NCBI GenBank assembly: GCA_026625185.1
Contig: CP113000.1
Coordinates: forward strand, 2,415,622-2,447,621
Origin: Thermodesulfobacteriota bacterium
Lineage (GTDB): Bacteria; Desulfobacterota; WTBG01; JAGOGO01
Direction of reading: 5' to 3'
Length of the DNA stretch: 32,000 nt
Shown: piece by piece, positions 9,678 through 18,035 of the stretch
Layout: every line of letters begins with the position of its first letter
How positions within the stretch are numbered: the stretch's first letter is position 1
Made by a program: the position numbers and the translations under genes
The notes under the pieces: generated by a model
The model's input: the letters and a program-made list of their open reading frames with translations, nothing else
What the model was told of the DNA's origin: nothing
The model's database searches: none

Positions 9678-10624
9678 TAGATTTCATGCTCCTCAATAGT
9701 TGCCTCTTCTACCTTAAAGGTGTACATGGGTGGTGTATCATCGGGATTCATTCCGGCTTCATAACCAAATAGTTCTTTTAAATCCATGCTGATCTTCTTT
9801 TTGATTTTCGCCACCGGAATATCCATCGGGCAAACGCGCTCGCATTCTTCACACGAAATGCATCGGCCCGCCAAATGGAGACCGTGAATCATGTGGAACA
9901 TAGCTTTCTCCGTCACATTAGCCCGCTGTGAGGTCCAGTGTGGGTCACGGCTTTCGGCAATACATTTATCCTGACAGATGCACATTGGGCAGGCATTCCG
10001 GCAGGCATAGCAGCGAATACAACGGTCGAATTCCTTCTCCCAATACGCGCGCCGCTCTTCGAGTGATAGTTTTTCAAATTCTTTGGTTTCCTCAAAGGTA
10101 TCCTGCGGCTTATTGGATTGAATCGCCTCTCCTGCTAAGACATCATATTGGAGAGGAGTGGCTAATTGACAGGTTGCACATTTTCTTGGCGCAACATCTG
10201 CAGAAGGGATCGTCTTTGGCCCTTCGGGAATTTTTACGATGATATTGTCACCTTCGAAAGTCACTTCCTGGACAGTCTGCTGATTGATCGCCGCCATGAC
10301 TTTTTTAACGGAAATAACCCGTAGACAAGGAACACCGATGACTTTAATGTTTTCCCGGGTGATTAATTTTTCCTGCATGTACTGCACAATCGCGCGGCTA
10401 TCACATCCTTTTACTATCACCCCGACTTTTCCTTTCAAAAAGGGAATATAAGAGCAGAGGTTTTGCACGCAAAGCGGGTTCCAGATAAGCTGATCTACTT
10501 GTTCCGGCTTGTCCAGGAAATAAGGAGTCGCATGCAAGGGATCAAATCCCTGGCGATAACCGATAACAACATCCACCTCAGGTAATATCTTTCGTACCGC
10601 TTCTTTCAGTTTTTCTATGAACAC
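9677..10624 (-). CDS. flxC: Fe-S subunit with two 4Fe-4S motifs (FlxC-type)
   Basis: It has the motifs CIRCYACRNACPMC and CISCEECERVCP, and its ends overlap both neighbouring genes. Confidence 0.6.
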   Translation of the reverse strand: MFIEKLKEAVRKILPEVDVVIGYRQGFDPLHATPYFLDKPEQVDQLIWNPLCVQNLCSYIPFLKGKVGVIVKGCDSRAIVQYMQEKLITRENIKVIGVPCLRVISVKKVMAAINQQTVQEVTFEGDNIIVKIPEGPKTIPSADVAPRKCATCQLATPLQYDVLAGEAIQSNKPQDTFEETKEFEKLSLEERRAYWEKEFDRCIRCYACRNACPMCICQDKCIAESRDPHWTSQRANVTEKAMFHMIHGLHLAGRCISCEECERVCPMDIPVAKIKKKISMDLKELFGYEAGMNPDDTPPMYTFKVEEATIEEHEI

Positions 10625-11052
10625 TCTGTTTTCTCCTCTTTTTGGTGGAAGGGCCCGAGCTCATGAATTGCTTTGGTAAAATCGGTCACCACATTTTTCC
10701 ACCGAGCGCCCTCAGAAGCAGAAACCCAGGTATAGTGAAACCTGCGCTCATCAATGCCCAAGAAAGGAAGGAGCCGCTTTAACATTTCGAGCCTCCTTCG
10801 GGCATAGAAATTTCCATCCGAATAATGGCAATCACGGGGATGGCATCCGGAAACCAAAACCCCATCGGCGCCATTAAGCAGTGCTTTTACCACGAATAAA
10901 GGATTAACTCTTCCGGAGCAAGGAACCCGGATAATACGGAGATCAGTCGGTTGCTTGAAACGACCGACTCCGGCGGTATCTGCCCCTCCGTAGGAACACC
11001 AGTTACATAAGAAACCGACAATGCGAAGTTCTTTTCCGGCTAGGTAAGACAT
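10615..11052 (-). CDS. flxD: MvhD-like 2Fe-2S protein (FlxD-type)
   Basis: FLCNWCSYGGAD...VPCSGRV...GCHPRDCHY is the MvhD/FlxD signature. All conserved positions are Cys. Confidence 0.85.
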   Translation of the reverse strand: MSYLAGKELRIVGFLCNWCSYGGADTAGVGRFKQPTDLRIIRVPCSGRVNPLFVVKALLNGADGVLVSGCHPRDCHYSDGNFYARRRLEMLKRLLPFLGIDERRFHYTWVSASEGARWKNVVTDFTKAIHELGPFHQKEEKTECS

Positions 11053-13001
11053 AGGGCGTTAACCTCAGCTAAGAGTTGGTTGTCAGTAAAGTGCTGTAGT
11101 TGGATCGCCCCGCAGGGACAGGTGGAGTTACAAATTCCGCAGCCGGCACAAACCGTTTCGATAACATTCGCAATAATTCTCCCGTCACGGAGTTGTTGTT
11201 CTTCAATTGCGCCGAAAGGACAGGTCCCGATGCATTTGCGGCAGCCGACACAAATATTGGTATTAACCCTTGCTATCTGAGGATCGGACTCTAAAGTATC
11301 TTTAGAAAAGATCGAAAGGACTTTGGCTGCTGCCGCGCTTCCTTGGCCGACAGAGGCAGGAATATCTTTTGGTCCTTGACAGGCGCCGGCTAAAAACACT
11401 CCAGACGTATTAGTCTCTACGGGCCGCAGTTTGGGATGGCTTTCTACATAGAATCCATGCGGATCATAAGAAATATGAAGTTTTTCAGCTAAGGTTCTGG
11501 CATCAGTAGTAGCAGTTACTGCGGTTGCGAGCACGACTAAGTCCGCCTCAATTTCCACTTGTGTACCTAAAAGGGTATCAGCTCCTTTGACAATCATTTT
11601 TTTCCCTTTGGGATAGATTCTTGATACCCGGCCCCGGATATATTGCACACCATATTCTTCCTGAGCCCTTCGGGTAAATTCATCATAGCCCTTTCCCGGA
11701 GAACGGATATCCATATAAAAGACGTAAGATCGAGAGTCGGGGATATGATCTTTGGTTAAAATAGCTTGCTTGGCAATATACATGCAACAAAAGTTGGAAC
11801 AGTAAGGGATACCGATGGATTTGTCCCGGGAACCCGCGCACGACACAAAAACGATGGTTTTAGGTTCCGCGTGGTCAGACGGTCTTTCAATGTGTCCTGA
11901 GGTAGGGCCTGAAGCATTGAGGATTCGTTCGTATTGAATTCCCGAGATCACATCCGGATAGCGGCCGCCGCCGTATTCCGGAAGTTTATCGAGGTCAATC
12001 AGACCATAACCGGAAGCGACAATAATCGCTCCCACATCCTCCGTTACAATTTCATCCTTCATTTCGTAATTGATGGCTCCGACCGGGCAAAACTTAGCGC
12101 AGACACCGCACTTGCCTTTAATGAACTGCCGGCAGAATTGAGCATCAATCTTGGCTTTTTTGGGAATCGCTTGGGGAAAAGGGATATTAATTGCCCGGGC
12201 AGGTGCAACCCCAAAATTAAAATAGTCAAAAGCATTCCGAGAAGGGCATTTTTCGATGCAGGCTCCGCAGCCGGTACATTTGGACCAGTCTACGTAAGTT
12301 GCTTTTTTGCGGATTTTAATCTGGTAATTGCCCACATAACCTTTGATCTCTTCGATTTCGGAATAGGCGTACAGATTTATTTTTTCATGCTGGGATACAT
12401 CCACCATCTTGGGGCCTAAAATGCAGATTGAACAGTCTACCGTGGGGAAGGTTTTATCCAGACGAGCCATCATGCCCCCGACCGAAGGGCTTTTTTCCAC
12501 CAGCACCACATCTAACCCACCATCGGCACAGTCCAGCGCGGCTTGCATACCGGCTACGCCACCACCGATAACCAGCACCCGTTTATTAATTTTAAATTTG
12601 GCCGGGAAAAGAGGCTTGTTTTGTTTTGCTTTTTCAACCGCAAGCTTTATCGCTTCAATCGCTTTATTAGTATTTAATTCTTTATCTTCTCCAATCCACG
12701 AACAGTGTTCCCGGATATTAGCCATTTCAAAAAAGTACCGATTTAGTCCGGTTTTTTCCACTGTCCGGCGGAACGTGACCTCATGCATCCGCGGTGAACA
12801 GGCGGCAACCACCACTCGGTCAAGTTTTTCTCGTTTGATTGCCTCCTTGATTTCTTCCTGGCCAGGTTCGGAGCAGGTGTACATGTAGGTCGTAGCAAAG
12901 GCGACACCGGGCATCATTCGGGCTGCTTCGGCAACTTTAGCCACCTCAACCGTACCGGCAATATTATTTCCGCAATGACAAATAAATACTCCAACCCGCA
13001 C
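11040..13001 (-). CDS. hdrA: Heterodisulfide reductase subunit A, full-length all-Cys form
   Basis: It has the N-terminal CHCGNNIAG motif, the FAD motif VIGGGVAGMQAA, DCSICILGP, the inserted ferredoxin motifs CTGCGACIEKCP and CGVCAKFCP, and C-terminal CVGCRKCIGTCP/CAGCGICNSTCP. It starts at GTG, with GAGGAG inside the hdrB 3' end. Confidence 0.92.
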   Translation of the reverse strand: MRVGVFICHCGNNIAGTVEVAKVAEAARMMPGVAFATTYMYTCSEPGQEEIKEAIKREKLDRVVVAACSPRMHEVTFRRTVEKTGLNRYFFEMANIREHCSWIGEDKELNTNKAIEAIKLAVEKAKQNKPLFPAKFKINKRVLVIGGGVAGMQAALDCADGGLDVVLVEKSPSVGGMMARLDKTFPTVDCSICILGPKMVDVSQHEKINLYAYSEIEEIKGYVGNYQIKIRKKATYVDWSKCTGCGACIEKCPSRNAFDYFNFGVAPARAINIPFPQAIPKKAKIDAQFCRQFIKGKCGVCAKFCPVGAINYEMKDEIVTEDVGAIIVASGYGLIDLDKLPEYGGGRYPDVISGIQYERILNASGPTSGHIERPSDHAEPKTIVFVSCAGSRDKSIGIPYCSNFCCMYIAKQAILTKDHIPDSRSYVFYMDIRSPGKGYDEFTRRAQEEYGVQYIRGRVSRIYPKGKKMIVKGADTLLGTQVEIEADLVVLATAVTATTDARTLAEKLHISYDPHGFYVESHPKLRPVETNTSGVFLAGACQGPKDIPASVGQGSAAAAKVLSIFSKDTLESDPQIARVNTNICVGCRKCIGTCPFGAIEEQQLRDGRIIANVIETVCAGCGICNSTCPCGAIQLQHFTDNQLLAEVNALCLT

Positions 13002-13004
13002 GCG

Positions 13005-13964
13005 TTAAGACTCCTCTTCTTCAGCTTTTTTGGCCTTGGGCTTTTTTGCCTTGGCTTTTTCTTGTTCTTCTTTGATTCGTTCCTCAACCGGCCTTCGGGT
13101 TTTCAACAAACCTTCTGCCTGGATATTATGCTTATCAATTCCCAGTTCCTGAGGAGAATACCCATAGGTTAATCCCATGACTTGAGTGAAAAAAAGAACC
13201 GGTATATTAAAGGAAGACCCCATAGTGTTGTTGATTTGCCCTTGGCGCAGATCCAGGTTCTGATGGCAAAGCTGGCACGTGACGACCAGGCAATTTGCTC
13301 CGGCATCTAACGCCATGCTTAAGACCTTCGAGGAAAGCTCATTGACCATTTTTCTTTTCGCCACTCCGAAAGCCGCCCCGCAACATTCCACTTTAAAGGC
13401 AAAGTCACAAACTTTAACGCCCACTGATGTCATAAGATTATCCATGGCCATAGGATTTTCCGGGTCATCAAACTCCATAATTTCAGGGGGACGATTAATA
13501 ATGCACCCGTAATAGGGGGCAACCTTCAAGTCAGGAAAATCAAGGGTAACTTTTTCAGCAACTGGTTTAGGCCCAATATCCTCAACGAGGATTTGGAGGA
13601 CCGATTTTGCCGTCACTCCACAGTTGTATGGTTCATCAAGAATCGCATTAACTTCTTTCTTGAAACCCTCTTCTTTTTTCATCCGAAGATGCGCTTTTTT
13701 AAAAGCCGAAAGACACGCGGGGCAGGCGGTGATCACCGTGGAAGCTCCCATCTTTTCCACAATCGCTAAGTTGCGGGCCGCGACCGCAGCAGCGAAAACA
13801 TGGTCTACAGAATGGGCCGGAGTAGAGCCACAGCAGCTCCAGTCATCCGGCTCAATAAGCTTCACTCCTAAGGCGGCAAGCACCTTGCGGACTGACATGT
13901 CATATTCGATGGCTGAAGCTTCAAGCGAACAGCCGGGAAAATATATGTACTCTTTTTCAGACAC
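13005..13964 (-). CDS. hdrB: Heterodisulfide reductase subunit B (two CCG domains) with a K/E-rich C-terminal tail
   Basis: It has the motifs DWSCCGS and VECCGAA. The final ~30 aa are KEEQEKAKAKKPKAKKAEEEES-like. Confidence 0.9.
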   Translation of the reverse strand: MSEKEYIYFPGCSLEASAIEYDMSVRKVLAALGVKLIEPDDWSCCGSTPAHSVDHVFAAAVAARNLAIVEKMGASTVITACPACLSAFKKAHLRMKKEEGFKKEVNAILDEPYNCGVTAKSVLQILVEDIGPKPVAEKVTLDFPDLKVAPYYGCIINRPPEIMEFDDPENPMAMDNLMTSVGVKVCDFAFKVECCGAAFGVAKRKMVNELSSKVLSMALDAGANCLVVTCQLCHQNLDLRQGQINNTMGSSFNIPVLFFTQVMGLTYGYSPQELGIDKHNIQAEGLLKTRRPVEERIKEEQEKAKAKKPKAKKAEEEES

Positions 13965-14523
13965 GATTTTTTCTCATTTCCTGGAATTTGCGGAAAATTT
14001 CTGCCACCTTATCGCGCCCTTTGATCCTGGTGGGCAAAAAGTGGATTTTACCTTTGCCGAGGATCTTTGGTCCCAAATCAGCATCAGCAAGCAAATGCCC
14101 GGATTTGAAGTTATACCCCATAAGTATGCCAACTTCAAAAACCCGGCCATGGTGTTTCATGGAGGAGAGAAACGAATCATAAAAAGTTTTTACATCTTTT
14201 TCAGAAACGTAGTTTTCACGGCGGGCGATAATGCGGAGCACATCCATGATATGAGCGATATCAATCTCACAGGGGCAACGAGTGGTACAGGTTTCACAGG
14301 TAGCGCAAAGCCAAATTGATCGGGAGTTAAGGATAGTCTCCTTCTGCCCCGTTTGGAAGAGACGCATCACCTGGCTGACCGGGTAATCAAAGTATTTCGT
14401 ATAAGGACAACCGGCCGTACAGTTCCCACACTGGTAACACAGTGCCGGATCTTGAAGGCTTTCTTTTTTTACCTGGTCAATAAATTGCCAGTCAGTTTTT
14501 TCGGTTAAATTAATAGGTTCCAT
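13957..14523 (-). CDS. hdrC: Heterodisulfide reductase subunit C
   Basis: It has the motifs CYQCGNCTAGCP and CATCETCTTRCP. Confidence 0.9.
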   Translation of the reverse strand: MEPINLTEKTDWQFIDQVKKESLQDPALCYQCGNCTAGCPYTKYFDYPVSQVMRLFQTGQKETILNSRSIWLCATCETCTTRCPCEIDIAHIMDVLRIIARRENYVSEKDVKTFYDSFLSSMKHHGRVFEVGILMGYNFKSGHLLADADLGPKILGKGKIHFLPTRIKGRDKVAEIFRKFQEMRKNRV

Positions 14524-14559
14524 AGAGTTAAAATTTTTAAGGTTGAATTTAAGTTTTTC

Positions 14560-14589
14560 TTTTTAACATGCCATATGAAAATCTGTCAA
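14560..14589 (-). promoter_or_regulatory. Candidate extended -10 promoter of the hdrC1 operon (TTGACA-N15-TGT-TAAAAA)
   Basis: The minus strand reads ttgaca gattttcatatggca tgt taaaaa, about 35 nt upstream of the hdrC1 ATG. The same architecture occurs at 22297-22326. Confidence 0.4.
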
Positions 14590-14714
14590 TAGATTTTTTC
14601 AAAAGTAATTTTTAAATTATTTCAAAAAAGTTTGGATGATATTTGTCAGCCACAAATATGATAAAAACCCTTTTAAACCCTGTTCGCAGTCTATTTTTTT
14701 GTACCAGGCTATTT

Positions 14715-15200
14715 TCAAACTTTGATTATCGCACAGATTTCGTTATAGATCTCATCGACAATTTCGGGGATTCGTTCAGCAACAATCGGAGAGCATTGTT
14801 CTTCGAAGGTATAACAATCAGAGACGCCAATGCCATAAATTATGACTTCTTGGGGAATAGGGAGGCCTAAACGTTTTCCAAAGGTGATAGCAATGGGAAG
14901 GTTGATTTCGTGGAGGACACCAAGCCGTGAGGTGGGCGTAAAGTCCTCCACCCCAAACTTCATGAGCTTACCGGCATGCTCTTTACCCAGATCAACGGCA
15001 TCAATAATGACCGCCTTGTCGTAGCCGTAAAGGATGTCGAGAAGGTTAAAACCAGCCAGGGATGCTTCAACAAAATCTATCTCCGGAGAGGAAAGGCGTT
15101 TTTGCAACCCTCGGACTATATAAATACCGACACCATCATCTTTGAGAATGGTATTTCCTAATCCCAATACGAGGATTTTACCCGTTCTATGCTCGCTCAA
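14715..15200 (-). CDS. [NiFe] hydrogenase maturation endopeptidase (HyaD/FrhD family)
   Basis: It has ILVLGLGNTILKDDGVGIY at the N-terminus and overlaps the mvhA 3' end by 14 nt. Confidence 0.85.
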   Translation of the reverse strand: MSEHRTGKILVLGLGNTILKDDGVGIYIVRGLQKRLSSPEIDFVEASLAGFNLLDILYGYDKAVIIDAVDLGKEHAGKLMKFGVEDFTPTSRLGVLHEINLPIAITFGKRLGLPIPQEVIIYGIGVSDCYTFEEQCSPIVAERIPEIVDEIYNEICAIIKV

Positions 15201-16647
15201 GCTGCTCCACTACCTTACCGTGGATATCATAGATCGTTAATTTTAGAGGCATTTGGCCTGGGAGCGAATGGGTAGCACAGCTGAAGCAGGGGTCGTAGGC
15301 TCTAAAGGCCATTTCGATCATGTTCAATATACCGTTTGATATGACCTGACCTTTCTTAATAAGGCCCATGGCAGCTTTTTTGATGGACATCGAAATAGGA
15401 GCATGATTGTTGGTGGTGCCGACAATAAGGTTTGCCTTTTCCACAAACCCGTTTTTGTCAGTCTTATAGTGGTGGTAGAGCGTACCGCGCGGCGCTTCAA
15501 CCACCCCAACGCCTTCGGTAGGTGTCTCGGTCGGCAAGATGCGCACATTGGGATCAGTGATACTTTTATCCTGAGCCAGTTCCAGCAACCGTTCCGAAGC
15601 ATACATCAGTTCTATTACCCGCGCCCAGTGGTTGGCCAGTGTTGCATGCACCGGTTTTCCGAGGGTTGTTATATACTTTTCATAGGCCTCTTGTGCGAGG
15701 GGAGTAGCCATTCCTGAGGCTGCATTCAACCGCGCTGCGGGTGCAGCACGGTAGACGCCGCTTTCTTTGCCGTCAACAAAACCTTTCCATCCCACTTTCT
15801 TGAGGTAAGGGAACTTGAGATATGACCATGGCTCCACGTGTTCGGCGATATTGTCCAAATATTCTGAGGGTGTGTATTTGGCTACTTCTTTCCCCTCAGG
15901 GTCAACCACCTTGATTTTACCGTCGTAGAAGTTTACCTTATCATTCTGGTCAACCAGTCCCATGTAGTAGGTTTTCAACTGGTAGGGTTCGCTCAGAATG
16001 AGGTCCACATAGGCTTTGTTCTTGAGCACCACATCATCAAAGAGCTGTAAAGTAAACTTGGAGAATTCAACGCAGGACTTTGCCTTCTCCTCGATCTGGG
16101 CGCGCTCTTCCTCGGTTATCCCTTTGGATACACCACCAGGAAGGGTCCAGACCAAGTGAGTAGACCTTCCGGCAATCATGACCTGAATATCCTGAGCAAT
16201 ACCTCGATGTTTGATAACTTCCCCACCGATCGGAAGTCCTACTTTATCCACCACGCCGAGGATATTGCGTACTGCCGGGTCAGCATCCGGACCGAGCACA
16301 AAGTCCGGCGCCGCCAATGCGTAGAAGTGGGCGATGTGGCTGTGGACATAGTGAGCAGAATAAAACATCTCCCGAAGTTTTTTGGTCACTTCCGGAGGAT
16401 CAGCATGGTACACGGCATCTACGGCCTTACCCGAGGCCAGGTGATGTGCGCCCGGTCAGACCCCGCAGACCCTCGTAACAATTCGGGGTATTTCCTCTAC
16501 CGGCCTTCCTTCACAAAACTTCTCAAATCCCCGCAGCTCCGGAACCTGGAAATAGACATTCTCCACGTCACCGGCATCATTCAAGAAGATTTCGATTTTT
16601 CCATGGCCTTCAAGCCTGGTAATGGGATCAATACTAATTTTTTTCAT
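15187..16647 (-). CDS. mvhA: [NiFe] hydrogenase large subunit, group 3c MvhA-type, with an in-frame TGA (putative Sec, codon 64)
   Basis: Track ORFs 16456..16647 and 15187..16413 are in the same frame. They are separated by TGA (plus-strand tca at 16456-16458) and 14 codons reading PGAHHLASGKAVDA. The joined protein has RLEGHG, RVCGV-U-PGAHH (RxCGxCxxxH) and C-terminal DPCFSCATH plus a cleavable tail. Confidence 0.85.
16416..16446 (-). promoter_or_regulatory. Candidate bacterial SECIS hairpin downstream of the mvhA UGA
   Basis: The mRNA reads CAUC-ACC-UGGCC-UCGGGUAA-GGCCG-UA-GAUG. It starts 10 nt after the UGA. It has a 4-bp lower stem, a 5-bp upper stem and a GGU-containing apical loop. Confidence 0.4.
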
Positions 16648-17605
16648 TACTTCTTTTCCTCCTTAGATACGAAGCGGCCAATCCAAAGCGGTAAAAAGTG
16701 CCCACCGGATCCGCAATTTGGGAGACAATCGAATTAATTTCCGCCGGGTCATTAGAGTCGATTACCGAGGCTAACGCACTTAAAAATTTTGTTCCCTGAT
16801 CATGCACTTTGGGAGCTGGGCCATAACAGCCACGACACGGCATGTTAGACTTAACCGTGCACCGATTACCACAGCCACCGCGGGTTGCTGGGCCTAAGCA
16901 GATAATTCCTTGATCCAAGAAACACTTTTGGTTGTCAAAGATGATTTCATGCGGCCGATAAAACTTCTTAACTTTGCGGTCTTCCTTTGGCCGGGTGCAC
17001 TCATCACACAAGGTCTTATCCGAGGCGCCAATCACTGCTCCCTTGGGAGGCAGATCTCCCTTAGCAATGATATCAACCACAGCCGCAACCTGATGAATTG
17101 CCGGTGGGCAACCGGGCATGAAGTAATCAACATCCACAACTGCTGCTGTTGGCAATACCGTATTATAAAATTCCGGGATGATTAATTCGCCTTCCTGAGC
17201 AGAGAATCGTTGCACGGGCAAAATGCCATCAGGATTTTCCGTAGAAGGCGTCTCTCGATAGGCACGATTGAGAACAGTTTCCTTGGTGAAAAGGTTTGCC
17301 AAGCCAGGTATTCCACCCTGATGGGCACATGCCCCCATAGCAACTACTATCTTCGACTTTGCCCGCAAAAGTTTAGTCATATGTTCATTTTCAGAGTTTC
17401 TTACCCCGCCATTAATGAGACAAATATCAATGGCCCCATCAGCCATCTTTTCAATTTCTTCGTATTTGTGGTCGGTCGCTACCGGCCAGAGGACAATGTC
17501 GGCAATTTCGGCTATCTTCAGCAGACCCTCATTTGTATCCAGTATAGCCACATCACAGCCTCCGCAGCCTGCTGCCCAGTAGATCGCCAGCTTCAGCTTT
17601 GCCAT
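16634..17605 (-). CDS. mvhG: [NiFe] hydrogenase small subunit, MvhG-type
   Basis: It has N-terminal WAAGCGGCDVAILD and distal cluster cysteines (GCPP, CLGPATRGGCG, CRGCYGP). It overlaps the mvhA start by 14 nt. Confidence 0.9.
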   Translation of the reverse strand: MAKLKLAIYWAAGCGGCDVAILDTNEGLLKIAEIADIVLWPVATDHKYEEIEKMADGAIDICLINGGVRNSENEHMTKLLRAKSKIVVAMGACAHQGGIPGLANLFTKETVLNRAYRETPSTENPDGILPVQRFSAQEGELIIPEFYNTVLPTAAVVDVDYFMPGCPPAIHQVAAVVDIIAKGDLPPKGAVIGASDKTLCDECTRPKEDRKVKKFYRPHEIIFDNQKCFLDQGIICLGPATRGGCGNRCTVKSNMPCRGCYGPAPKVHDQGTKFLSALASVIDSNDPAEINSIVSQIADPVGTFYRFGLAASYLRRKRSNEKN

Positions 17606-17615
17606 GCCTTACCTC

Positions 17616-18035
17616 CTATTTCACCAATAACTTGGTTCCGTTAAAAGGTCCGAGAGCCTTAACCTTCTTAACAAACTCATCCACCACCTTAGCATACCGA
17701 TCTCCTTCAGAAGCTGATACCCACTCGAGCCTCACCCGATCATCTTCGACTCCAAATTGTTCAAGCACCCGCTTCAACAGGGAGTATCGCCTGATGGTTT
17801 TATAGTTTCCCTCATGGTAGTGGCAGTCACCGGGGTGGCACCCGGTAATGAGAACACCATCAGCGCCAGCGGCAAAGCACTTCATCACAAAGGAAGGCTC
17901 CACCCTCCCACTGCACATTACCCTTACTGGCCGTACGTTAGGAAGATATTTTATTCTTGCTGTGCCGGCCAGATCCGCGCCCGCATAAGAACACCAGTTA
18001 CAAAGGAATCCTACAATTTTCGGTTCAAAACTCAT
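17616..18035 (-). CDS. mvhD: MvhD (methyl-viologen-reducing hydrogenase delta subunit-like 2Fe-2S protein)
   Basis: FLCNWCSYAGAD...MCSGRV...GCHPGDCHY is the MvhD signature. Confidence 0.9.
   Translation of the reverse strand: MSFEPKIVGFLCNWCSYAGADLAGTARIKYLPNVRPVRVMCSGRVEPSFVMKCFAAGADGVLITGCHPGDCHYHEGNYKTIRRYSLLKRVLEQFGVEDDRVRLEWVSASEGDRYAKVVDEFVKKVKALGPFNGTKLLVK

Noticed and set aside
15187-16647. Reading the hydrogenase large subunit as two genes, a 63-aa N-terminal peptide plus a GTG-initiated 408-aa protein, by analogy with split VhuA/VhuU.
   Set aside because: The break is a TGA exactly at a metal-ligand Cys codon. The frames are identical. The 14 codons between the TGA and the supposed GTG start encode the conserved continuation of the motif (PGAHHLAS.KAVDA). 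There is no RBS before the GTG. Sec read-through explains all of this better.
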